DNA of 64,000 nt, from positions 56,519 to 120,518 of IMG/VR virus record IMGVR_UViG_3300037189_006220, one strand, 5' to 3'. Each line of letters begins with the position of its first letter. The first letter of the stretch is position 1. Positions 1 to 7,362 of this stretch are shown here, in pieces. A program made the position numbers and the translations under genes. This DNA is from a virus. The notes under the pieces were generated by a model, which made no database searches, was not told the DNA's origin, and was given only the letters and a program-made list of their open reading frames with translations.

Positions 1-396
1 AAGAACGCAGAGTCTTTTCTTATCGGTAACTCCCTCCGCCTCCTCCCCGAACAGTACGACATCGTTGTGTCCTACGCAGAGATTCAGGCAGGGCACATCG
101 GAACGGTTTACCAAGCAACGAACTGGCTCTATACCGGAATGAGCGATAAGCACATTCAATGGACTCTTGACGGAGAGGCAACCTCTAAGCATCACCGACA
201 CCTTTTTGATGAGCATGGTGGTATCAACAAAGCCAAAGAGTTTTTTGGAGAACGCATGATTGCTCACGAGCGTCCACGCAAGCATCGCTATGTAATGTTC
301 CGTGGCTCACGAGCGCGTAAGAAGGAACTACGAGCAAAACTCCGCTACAAGGTTCAGGACTATCCCAAAGCCGAAGTTGACATTTCGCAACAGTAA
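1..396 (+). CDS. Mom-like / GNAT-fold DNA adenine modification protein (5' partial)
   Basis: Frame open from base 1: KNAESFLIGNSLRLL..VVSYAEIQAGHIGTVYQATNWLYTG..KHRY, the SYAD..GH.G..YQA.NW.Y.G signature of Mom-like proteins. Confidence 0.75.
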   Translation, partial: KNAESFLIGNSLRLLPEQYDIVVSYAEIQAGHIGTVYQATNWLYTGMSDKHIQWTLDGEATSKHHRHLFDEHGGINKAKEFFGERMIAHERPRKHRYVMFRGSRARKKELRAKLRYKVQDYPKAEVDISQQ

Positions 397-424
397 CCCA
401 TACAATGTAATAGAAAGGACAAAA

Positions 425-613
425 ATGACAAATAACAACGAAAACAAAACAGACATCCAGTACCCGCTTGGCGTAGAGTTTGATTCAGAACTTGACACCC
501 CTCAGGGACCTCTTGGCATTACTCGTCGTCAGGCTTACGACTGGGAGGCACGTCACCGTAAGTTCTGTGCGCTCACCCATCGTCAGCCCTGTAACTGCTC
601 TGCTTGGGATTAG
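425..613 (+). CDS. hypothetical protein
   Basis: ATG at 425 preceded by RBS GAAAGGA; C-terminal Cys/His cluster. Confidence 0.7.
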   Translation: MTNNNENKTDIQYPLGVEFDSELDTPQGPLGITRRQAYDWEARHRKFCALTHRQPCNCSAWD

Positions 614-621
614 GGCTTACT

Positions 622-912
622 ATGCTCCTCAAACAGAACCCAGAAACTGGCTACTGGACAGATACAGAAATTCCTAATATCCGTATTGCAGGTATTCACG
701 CAATCTTTGATTGCCGTAAGCCATGCGCTATTCATAATTCACCATCAGACCACAAACTCTCCACTGCTCCACTTAATTGGAACGAGCACAGGGGAATCCT
801 TGAGCGCATCTGCTCTCACGGTTTGGGACACCCAGACCACGACTCCGCGTTATATTACAACTCAACTAACCAAGGAAACACAAATGTTCATGCTTGCGAT
901 GGGTGTTGCTAA
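622..912 (+). CDS. hypothetical Cys/His-rich (metal-binding) phage protein
   Basis: C.IH.PSDH..ERIC.HG.GHPD.D..H.CDGCC pattern; stop overlaps next start (TAATG). Confidence 0.7.
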   Translation: MLLKQNPETGYWTDTEIPNIRIAGIHAIFDCRKPCAIHNSPSDHKLSTAPLNWNEHRGILERICSHGLGHPDHDSALYYNSTNQGNTNVHACDGCC

Positions 913-1151
913 TGGCTAATCGACCCAATAATAACAAACCAGTAGAGGATTACATCCTCGAAGAAATTGCCCCCCTTCGCGCTAAGGGACTATCCTTCCG
1001 AGCCATTGCCGAGAAACTCGGTATCGGAGAGTCTACGGTTCGTAAGCACCAGAACTACAAAGGCACTACCACCTCACCCGAATACACATTTACCAAGCGT
1101 CAACTTGAAATTGCAATTGCTGCACACATTGCTAGGGAGCGTAAAAAGTGA
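912..1151 (+). CDS. helix-turn-helix DNA-binding protein
   Basis: LRAKGLSFRAIAEKLGIGESTVRKH is a classic HTH. Confidence 0.8.
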   Translation: MANRPNNNKPVEDYILEEIAPLRAKGLSFRAIAEKLGIGESTVRKHQNYKGTTTSPEYTFTKRQLEIAIAAHIARERKK

Positions 1152-1237
1152 AACCAGAAAACTGGTTCACCCTTGGTGTAATTGCCGGAGGGTTTATTTC
1201 TTTCTTACTACTCGTATTGTTTGGAGTAATTAAATGA
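1148..1237 (+). CDS. small membrane protein (29 aa)
   Basis: Not in ORF track; MKPENWFTLGVIAGGFISFLLLVLFGVIK, coupled to both neighbours by GTGA/ATGA overlaps. Confidence 0.65.
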   Translation: MKPENWFTLGVIAGGFISFLLLVLFGVIK

Positions 1238-1512
1238 GCGTCTTTGACCTCGCAAAGAATAACCGAGATAACAACGATGTCACGGTAACAATGTCCTACG
1301 CGCGATTTGATGAGTACCTACGTATGGCGCAGACAGAGGCTCTTGAGGCTCAGTACTCTGACGGAATTGCTACTGCTGTTCGCGTTGGTAGGGATGCAGA
1401 ACGCAACCGCATTATCGCGCTACTCGAAGATAACCTGTTTACTGACAAGGGACTAGGAAATGTTCGCGTTAGTGACCTTATTAACCTGATTAAAGGAGAA
1501 ACAAATGACTGA
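1234..1512 (+). CDS. hypothetical protein
   Basis: Coupled ORF; G..AER.RII.LL motif shared with next gene. Confidence 0.7.
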   Translation: MSVFDLAKNNRDNNDVTVTMSYARFDEYLRMAQTEALEAQYSDGIATAVRVGRDAERNRIIALLEDNLFTDKGLGNVRVSDLINLIKGETND

Positions 1513-1687
1513 AAAAGAAACAAGAAACACCCGAGCATACCGCCAAGGAATCGCGCATGAGCGAGAGCGTATCTTGACTCTCATTCGTAGACCCGGATTT
1601 CATGTGTGGGATGCAGATGGCAGTCACAGTAAAGACCATTGCGTTACATGTAATGCAATAATTCAAATTCAAGGAGAAAAAGAATGA
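1505..1687 (+). CDS. hypothetical protein
   Basis: RBS AAAGGAG; G..HERERI..LI motif and CxxC. Confidence 0.7.
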   Translation: MTEKETRNTRAYRQGIAHERERILTLIRRPGFHVWDADGSHSKDHCVTCNAIIQIQGEKE

Positions 1688-2025
1688 GTCGTATGACCCG
1701 ATACGAACGAGCAGTTCGTCGCATGCTTGACGACCTTAACCTTGAGGGAATCCTACACCGCGCTCTTACTCACCTAGAGCGTAGTGAAGATGAGTTTGCT
1801 GATGTCCATATCAAACTTCTTAATGAGCCACTGGACTTTGCGCGACGCACCAAGGTTCGTCTCTACCCCGAAGACTTTCCGGCACACTATGAGCTTGCTT
1901 ACAAGATTCTTAGTCTTGACCTTCCCACAAAGAAACTAAAGAAAAAGAAACTTATCCGCAAGCGCAGGTCAACTTATATTGACATGTGGCATGATGAGTG
2001 GGGTACAGACGATTACTACTTCTAA
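1684..2025 (+). CDS. hypothetical protein
   Basis: RBS AAGGAG, ATGA overlap. Confidence 0.7.
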   Translation: MSRMTRYERAVRRMLDDLNLEGILHRALTHLERSEDEFADVHIKLLNEPLDFARRTKVRLYPEDFPAHYELAYKILSLDLPTKKLKKKKLIRKRRSTYIDMWHDEWGTDDYYF

Positions 2026-2040
2026 CAGAAATTATAGTTA

Positions 2041-2229
2041 ATGACTATTTTGCTTGTCTTTTTAGGAACAGCCCTACTTACCATCGCACTTTTCAAGGCG
2101 AAGGAAGATACGACTCTACCCAAAGAAAAGCGTTTGTTTGTAGATACGGTTGCCACCGTATTCTCACTTACAGCAATCATTATTGGTGTAACGGTCATTG
2201 TTACTCTCATTATTGAGTCTCTAAACTAA
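2041..2229 (+). CDS. two-TM membrane protein
   Basis: Two hydrophobic stretches. Confidence 0.65.
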   Translation: MTILLVFLGTALLTIALFKAKEDTTLPKEKRLFVDTVATVFSLTAIIIGVTVIVTLIIESLN

Positions 2230-2399
2230 TGCCTACTTATCTTTATATTTGTGCTTGTGGATATCGAGAAGAAATTATTCACGGTATAAATGAAGATGTT
2301 GTGGTCGAATGTACTGCTTGTAAAGTTCCTATGACTCGTAAACCCCAATTCAACTCCTACTCGTTCAAGGGTAAGGGCTTCTATTCCACGGGAGGATAG
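2229..2399 (+). CDS. FmdB-family zinc-ribbon protein
   Basis: Not in ORF track; MPTYLYICACG..ECTACKVPMTR..FKGKGFYSTGG. Confidence 0.85.
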   Translation: MPTYLYICACGYREEIIHGINEDVVVECTACKVPMTRKPQFNSYSFKGKGFYSTGG

Positions 2400-2400
2400 T

Positions 2401-2697
2401 ATGAAAACTGCAATGATTGATATTCACAACTTTAAAGCTAAAGTAATCCCTCTTAGCGAAATGCCCGGAGTTCGACTCCTTGAGATTGCTTCTATGCCTC
2501 AGGACGAAAAGCAGTCACTCGCAATGATTCAACTCCTCAAAGATGCACTTATTGACCAGACTCAGACCGCAGAGATTGACACCCTTTCGATGACCGTCAT
2601 CACAGACATCATTGAGGCGTACTTCAATGCCACAGAGACTGAAGAGACTTTTGATATGTCGTTTATCGAAGACGCAGACCCTAATGCCAAAGAATGA
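2401..2697 (+). CDS. hypothetical protein
   Basis: RBS GGAGG, acidic helical protein. Confidence 0.7.
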   Translation: MKTAMIDIHNFKAKVIPLSEMPGVRLLEIASMPQDEKQSLAMIQLLKDALIDQTQTAEIDTLSMTVITDIIEAYFNATETEETFDMSFIEDADPNAKE

Positions 2698-2824
2698 GAG
2701 ACACTCTGAAGAAGACCTTGAGCTTCTCCAAAAAGTTCTCGCTATGCCCAAAGAGGCAATAGAAGATTTACAAAAGCTATTCGCAATTTGTGAGGAACCA
2801 GATGACACGCACGACTTGGGATGA
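2684..2824 (+). CDS. hypothetical protein
   Basis: Short ORF MPKNERHSEE.. filling the gap, overlapping neighbours. Confidence 0.45.
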   Translation: MPKNERHSEEDLELLQKVLAMPKEAIEDLQKLFAICEEPDDTHDLG

Positions 2825-3338
2825 GACGTGGATGGCTGTTGCCGAGACAATGGCTCAACGCTCGCTCTGCACTAATCGTCAGGTCGGCTGTGTCATTGTG
2901 ACTTCCAGCAACCGACCAATGGCTGTTGGATATAACGGTCCTCCGGCAAACTTTAATCGAACCACTCACGAAGGGCTACTCTCTTTTGCTAAATCAGAAG
3001 GATGTAACAACTGGTGTGACCGCGCTAAGTCGCAAGACCGAGGAACAACTTACTCCAACTGTGTCAGCGTCCACGCAGAGGCTAATGCTCTCCTATTTGC
3101 AGACCGCAGAGACTACGCAGGTGGCACAATGTATGTCACTAATCCTTGCTGTTGGGACTGCGCCAAGCTCGTAGCCAACTCAGGCATTAGTCGTCTTGTA
3201 GTGCGACTTTCAGAACGAGACGCTCACTACGATAATGAGTCGTCACTATCTTTCATCCGCTCGTGCGGAATACTTGTAGATATCTTTCCTCCTAAAGAAA
3301 GAGGAGAGATTGGATACTGGGAAGAAGAAGACGCTTAG
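2802..3338 (+). CDS. dCMP deaminase
   Basis: RSLC..RQVGCVI, GYNG, HAEANAL, PCCWDC zinc motifs. Confidence 0.92.
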   Translation: MTRTTWDETWMAVAETMAQRSLCTNRQVGCVIVTSSNRPMAVGYNGPPANFNRTTHEGLLSFAKSEGCNNWCDRAKSQDRGTTYSNCVSVHAEANALLFADRRDYAGGTMYVTNPCCWDCAKLVANSGISRLVVRLSERDAHYDNESSLSFIRSCGILVDIFPPKERGEIGYWEEEDA

Positions 3339-3628
3339 TCTTTCTTAACCCGAACATCGTATTGCTTACGAGGTGGCGGAGTATATCCACGCCTCAGACG
3401 ACTACGCTCACGAGCGGTTGTTCCTCCCCAGATACCAAGCTCTTCATTCTCCATAGCCCACGCTAGGCACTCAATTACATATGGGCATGAGGCACAAATT
3501 TTTTTGGCTAGTACAACCATTGTTGTAGAGTCACCAACACCAGTCTCTGGGAAGAACGCATCTGGGTCAGCACTAGCGCAATGAGGCTCACCCTTCTCAA
3601 AAAAGTCTGGATACTCGGCTTTGCTCAT
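3335..3628 (-). CDS. whiB: WhiB family transcription factor
   Basis: C..DPDAFFP..AKKICASCPY..ECL..A..GIWGG. Confidence 0.93.
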   Translation of the reverse strand: MSKAEYPDFFEKGEPHCASADPDAFFPETGVGDSTTMVVLAKKICASCPYVIECLAWAMENEELGIWGGTTARERSRLRRGYTPPPRKQYDVRVKKD

Positions 3629-3630
3629 AC

Positions 3631-4578
3631 CTATAGCTTAGATGTTGGCTCGACAAAACGCAAAGCTGAAATCACTCTTGTAACGTCAATAGTTGCAACC
3701 CAAGAAGACAAATCATTTCGTCCGTAGCTGATGACAAACTTGTCTCCGTCTTGTATAAGACCAGAAGCAAACTCAACCCAACCCTCGTGAAAAATAAACT
3801 TATTAGAAATAGCTTCGATGAGTCCATCTTTATTGTGCTTAACAAATACGTGAGAATAACTCCGTAGGTCTAGCGGTTCGTAACTAAATGTTCTTGTATT
3901 GAATAGAACTTTCGGTTTCATTACCATATAGTGACCTACTGACAGGTAGCCATCCTCGAAAGGAATAAGCTGTGTTCCGCCCCGAAGCTTTTCAATTTCT
4001 TCAGGGACATCTCCAAGCTTGATAATTTTTTCGTCTTTAAAAATCTTGTTGGCTCCGTAGATATAGTCAAACCCGGGGACCGACTCTCCGGCAACTACCC
4101 CCCAATTCTTTTCGACTACCTTAGGAGTTTCTGTATCATGCTTTGCAATATATGTAGCCGTACCAGCATCAGGGTCTAGCTCAAATATACCAACTCGCGC
4201 TATCCGAGTATGTTCTTTCTCAAGAATAATCGCAGTAAGTTGCCACTTCCCACCGCGCCAGAACAAACGAGCATCTTCGATGCCACGCTTAAACGCGAGT
4301 TCCCCAATAGTCATAATCTCAATAAGTTTGACTGGCTTATAATTTTCATCAAGCTCAGAGAAGAAGAGTCGGTTAGCTATGTCATTACCAACAGTAATTG
4401 CCTCGTACCTCTGATACTCACCTAGTACATAGTTACTTGAGCGAAAGGTGGCATATAGCTTCCCGTTCGGATGACGAGCAATTGAAGGATTAAAAAGTGA
4501 CCAATGCCTCTTGACCGGCTCTAAGGCCCGGGCAATCATGGACGTAGTGAAGTCACTTGCGTCTATTACATCACTCAT
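3631..4578 (-). CDS. glycosidase-like beta-propeller (GH130/PH1107-like)
   Basis: FNPSI, GIEDARLF, EKNW, LRGGTQ, VEFASGL, ISYG.ND motifs. Confidence 0.7.
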   Translation of the reverse strand: MSDVIDASDFTTSMIARALEPVKRHWSLFNPSIARHPNGKLYATFRSSNYVLGEYQRYEAITVGNDIANRLFFSELDENYKPVKLIEIMTIGELAFKRGIEDARLFWRGGKWQLTAIILEKEHTRIARVGIFELDPDAGTATYIAKHDTETPKVVEKNWGVVAGESVPGFDYIYGANKIFKDEKIIKLGDVPEEIEKLRGGTQLIPFEDGYLSVGHYMVMKPKVLFNTRTFSYEPLDLRSYSHVFVKHNKDGLIEAISNKFIFHEGWVEFASGLIQDGDKFVISYGRNDLSSWVATIDVTRVISALRFVEPTSKL

Positions 4579-4585
4579 AGTACCT

Positions 4586-4601
4586 ATTCTACCGTTACAC
4601 T
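4586..4601. promoter_or_regulatory. back-to-back leaderless -10 promoters
   Basis: Minus TAGAAT-7nt-ATG(4578); plus TACACT-6nt-ATG(4608). Confidence 0.6.
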
Positions 4602-4607
4602 AGAGTC

Positions 4608-4829
4608 ATGGAAGAAAAGCTCACGTCTCTTGACCGTTGCGATAGTTGTGGTGCTCAAGCCTATGTCCGTGTCAACCTCGAAAGTGGAGAACTACTCTTC
4701 TGCGGTCACCACTTTAAAAAGAATGAAGACACGCTTGTTCTTAAAGCCGTAAGTATTGACAGCGAACTAGACAAGCTTTACCCAGAACCTAAGGCTAAAA
4801 CTCAGCCAGAACCTCAGGTAGTAGAATAG
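4608..4829 (+). CDS. small actinobacterial zinc-binding protein
   Basis: LT.LDRCD.CGAQAYVRV.L.SGELLFCGHH pattern. Confidence 0.8.
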   Translation: MEEKLTSLDRCDSCGAQAYVRVNLESGELLFCGHHFKKNEDTLVLKAVSIDSELDKLYPEPKAKTQPEPQVVE

Positions 4830-4889
4830 AAATGTGAAAACGCAAGTTTTCCGACATGAGTAATTTCGCTACCTACTCACATAAAATCG

Positions 4890-4950
4890 CCATCCCCCTC
4901 CATCTGGTTGAGTACCACTCCTAGAATATGTGAGGGGGATGGTGTTTTCT
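4890..4950 (+). terminator. stem-loop, probable terminator
   Basis: CCATCCCCCTC/GAGGGGGATGG 11-bp stem followed by TGTTTTCT. Confidence 0.5.
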
Positions 4951-4992
4951 TGACAAAAAATATGTCATGTCTTTTTAAGTTATTTAACATAT

Positions 4993-5020
4993 TTATTCTC
5001 ACTAAGCTTAATGAGAATAA
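4993..5020. repeat. 28-bp near-perfect palindrome
   Basis: TTATTCTCACTAAG|CTTAATGAGAATAA, one mismatch. Confidence 0.85.
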
Positions 5021-5086
5021 GCTGACAATAAATAATTATTATATAAGTTTTAGTGATTGTCTCGGTCTGTTGAGCAGCTCAGAATT

Positions 5087-5095
5087 TGCTAAAAT
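5087..5095 (+). promoter_or_regulatory. extended -10 promoter of RNR locus
   Basis: TGCTAAAAT upstream of micro-ORF. Confidence 0.5.
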
Positions 5096-5165
5096 AGAAG
5101 AACAAACAATCCCCCTCTTGACCAAGAAATTGGTCATTTTTCTTCTGCCCTGAAAGGTCACAAAC

Positions 5166-5249
5166 ATGAATGAATCACAAGACACCGTTGGCGGATACTG
5201 CATCCCCGTAGACCCGATGGACATGCTTCAGTGCGATTCCTGCCAGTAA
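5166..5249 (+). CDS. 27-aa peptide resembling the redox CxxC C-terminal tail of NrdA
   Basis: Not in ORF track; MNESQDTVGGYCIPVDPMDMLQCDSCQ, RBS GAAAGG at 5152-5157. Confidence 0.75.
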   Translation: MNESQDTVGGYCIPVDPMDMLQCDSCQ

Positions 5250-5270
5250 GAATCTAACCCTCGGGTTAAC

Positions 5271-5313
5271 GCCCGGTGCTCCTCGTAGTAGAGTTGAGTA
5301 CCGGGCTTCTTTC
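5271..5313 (+). terminator. intrinsic terminator after micro-ORF
   Basis: GCCCGGTGCTC/GAGTACCGGGC stem + TTCTTTC. Confidence 0.6.
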
Positions 5314-5338
5314 ACCCCTCTAAGACAGCTAGGACATA

Positions 5339-6271
5339 ATGTACGCCCCTGAAACTCTGGTCTTGACATCGTCAGGACACAAGCCTCTTAGTGAGCTTGA
5401 TGGACACATGGTGGACGTATGGAATGGCGAAGAGTTTTCGCTAGTCCTAGTTGGACAGGCTGGAAAAGATAAGCCTCTAGTTACCGTTGTCTTTGATACC
5501 GGAGCAGAGATTACCTGCACTCCAGACCAAACGATGTTTGTCCAGAATGGATACTTCGACCACACAATTTCTCGTAAGCGAGTTGCAGAAGCACTGCCCG
5601 GAGAAAAGATTGTTAAGTCCGAGTTCCCACTCTTAGAGCACGGCACTGAGCTAATTCCTAATGCTTACACCCACGGCTTCTACACAGGAGCAGAACGGTT
5701 TAAGCGTCGCCCCGGAGTTGTATCAAGACTCGCTATCTATGGTGGTCGCAGACCATGTCTAGATGAGCTTGACCTAGACCCTCGGACAGATAAGACTAAC
5801 CTCTACTTCACTACAGAAATGCTTGGAGACTTCGAGGTTCCACTCAGCACTAAGTACTCACTAGAGTCCAAGCTTGAGTGGCTAGCTGGACTTTTTGATA
5901 GTGGTCTTATTAAAAGAAAAATTGGTTCACAACCAATGTGGCATCTCTACTCAAACAACTTTCAGTTTCTTAAAGACATGAAACTTTTCATGCAGACTTT
6001 GGGAAGCGATGTTCGAGTAGTAAAAAACGAAGATATGAACCGTCTTGAATACACACTACGGTTCTCTGGAAGACCGATGCAGAACTTACGAAAGCTCGGA
6101 GTCCCAGCAAAGTATATCACCATCCCTGAAGTATCTTACAAACGACGTGGAGTTGGTTATCCACGAATTGTGAGCATCATCGACAACAACCGCCGTGACA
6201 CGGTTTACACGCTCATGGAAAAGAAAACTCACCGAGCAGTGTTCAACGGCATCTTAAACGCAACCCAATAA
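5339..6271 (+). CDS. free-standing degenerate RIR1-type intein (Hint + LAGLIDADG)
   Basis: YAPETLVLT..VWNGEEFS..CTPD..YTHGF..EWLAGLFD..H.AVFNGIL follows RNR (RIR1) intein blocks; own ATG, AGGA RBS, in-frame TAG upstream, own stop. Confidence 0.85.
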   Translation: MYAPETLVLTSSGHKPLSELDGHMVDVWNGEEFSLVLVGQAGKDKPLVTVVFDTGAEITCTPDQTMFVQNGYFDHTISRKRVAEALPGEKIVKSEFPLLEHGTELIPNAYTHGFYTGAERFKRRPGVVSRLAIYGGRRPCLDELDLDPRTDKTNLYFTTEMLGDFEVPLSTKYSLESKLEWLAGLFDSGLIKRKIGSQPMWHLYSNNFQFLKDMKLFMQTLGSDVRVVKNEDMNRLEYTLRFSGRPMQNLRKLGVPAKYITIPEVSYKRRGVGYPRIVSIIDNNRRDTVYTLMEKKTHRAVFNGILNATQ

Positions 6272-6290
6272 CTAACAAGGAGAAACAACA

Positions 6291-7280
6291 ATGGCAATTC
6301 TAGGAACCGGCATCCAAGAGGGACTCCTCCTGAAGCCAGTCAAATATCAGTGGGCAATGGACTTGTACGACCAAGCAGTTGCCAATACTTGGTTCCCCAA
6401 CGAAATCCAACTAGGCGAAGACATCGCTGACTTCAAAAAGATGTCTGAGGATGAGCAACACGCTATTACGTTCTTGATGTCATTCTTTAACCCATCAGAG
6501 CTTATTGTGAATAAGGCTCTTGCCTTCGGTGTCTACCCTTACCTAAATGCACCCGAGTGCCACCTCTACCTTGCTAAGCAGATGTGGGAAGAAGCAAACC
6601 ACTGCATGTCGTTCGAGTACGTCCTTGAGACGTTCCCTGTAGACCGTAAGAAAATTTATGAACAGCATGTTGCTGTAGACAGCATCAAAGCCAAGGAAGA
6701 CTTCGAGGTCAAGTTCATTAAGCGCATGACCGAAGATACCATTGACATCAACACCGTAGAGGGAAAGCAGGACTTCGTCCGCAACCTCGTGGCTTACTCG
6801 GTCATCATGGAGGGTATCTGGTTCTACTCGGGCTTCATGGTGGCTCTGAGCTTCCGTCAGCGCAACCTACTTCGTAACTTTGCCTCACTGGTGGACTGGA
6901 TTGTCCGTGACGAGAGCCTTCACCTCAAGTTTGGTATCAACCTCATTCTTGAGGTACTCAACGAGAATCCTGAAATTGTCACAGACGAGTTCGCAGCCGA
7001 GATTCAGCAGATGATTTTTGATGCTGTTGACATGGAGATTACCTACAACAAGGAGCAGTTCCCCAACGGTATCCTTGGACTCAACGCTGACTATGTTAGC
7101 CAATACACCAAGTACCTCGCTGACCGCCGTCTTGAGGAGCTTGGATTCCCCCCACACTACAACGTGGGTAACCCTGCTAAGTGGATGGCTGCGGCTAATG
7201 ATACTCTTCAGCTTGTGAACTTCTTTGAGTCCACCAACACAAGCTATGAATCAAACGCATCAGCTGCTACTGGTAAGTAG
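6291..7280 (+). CDS. nrdB: ribonucleotide reductase beta subunit, class Ic-like
   Basis: W.P.EI, EEANH, EGIWFYSGF, RDESLH, NFFE..Y motifs; RBS AAGGAG. Confidence 0.95.
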   Translation: MAILGTGIQEGLLLKPVKYQWAMDLYDQAVANTWFPNEIQLGEDIADFKKMSEDEQHAITFLMSFFNPSELIVNKALAFGVYPYLNAPECHLYLAKQMWEEANHCMSFEYVLETFPVDRKKIYEQHVAVDSIKAKEDFEVKFIKRMTEDTIDINTVEGKQDFVRNLVAYSVIMEGIWFYSGFMVALSFRQRNLLRNFASLVDWIVRDESLHLKFGINLILEVLNENPEIVTDEFAAEIQQMIFDAVDMEITYNKEQFPNGILGLNADYVSQYTKYLADRRLEELGFPPHYNVGNPAKWMAAANDTLQLVNFFESTNTSYESNASAATGK

Positions 7281-7320
7281 TAAGTGATAGGCTCTTTAAA
7301 GAGTCAGTTGCTTTACCAAT

Positions 7321-7355
7321 AAGAAAGCCCCCACCAATCGGTAGGGGCTTTTCTT
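7321..7355. terminator. bidirectional terminator
   Basis: AAGAAAGCCCC/GGGGCTTTTCTT between convergent genes. Confidence 0.75.
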
Positions 7356-7362
7356 ATGCTTG

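Noticed and set aside
4910-4935. NrdR box upstream of the RNR locus
   Set aside because: No convincing match to the 16-bp palindromic consensus by eye.
4908-5153. 81-aa ORF in the AT-rich block
   Set aside because: TTG start, no RBS, crosses hairpins and palindrome; unlikely coding.
5339-6271. Active or split intein fused to nrdB or the micro-ORF
   Set aside because: In-frame stops on both sides, both halves in one ORF, catalytic residues missing.
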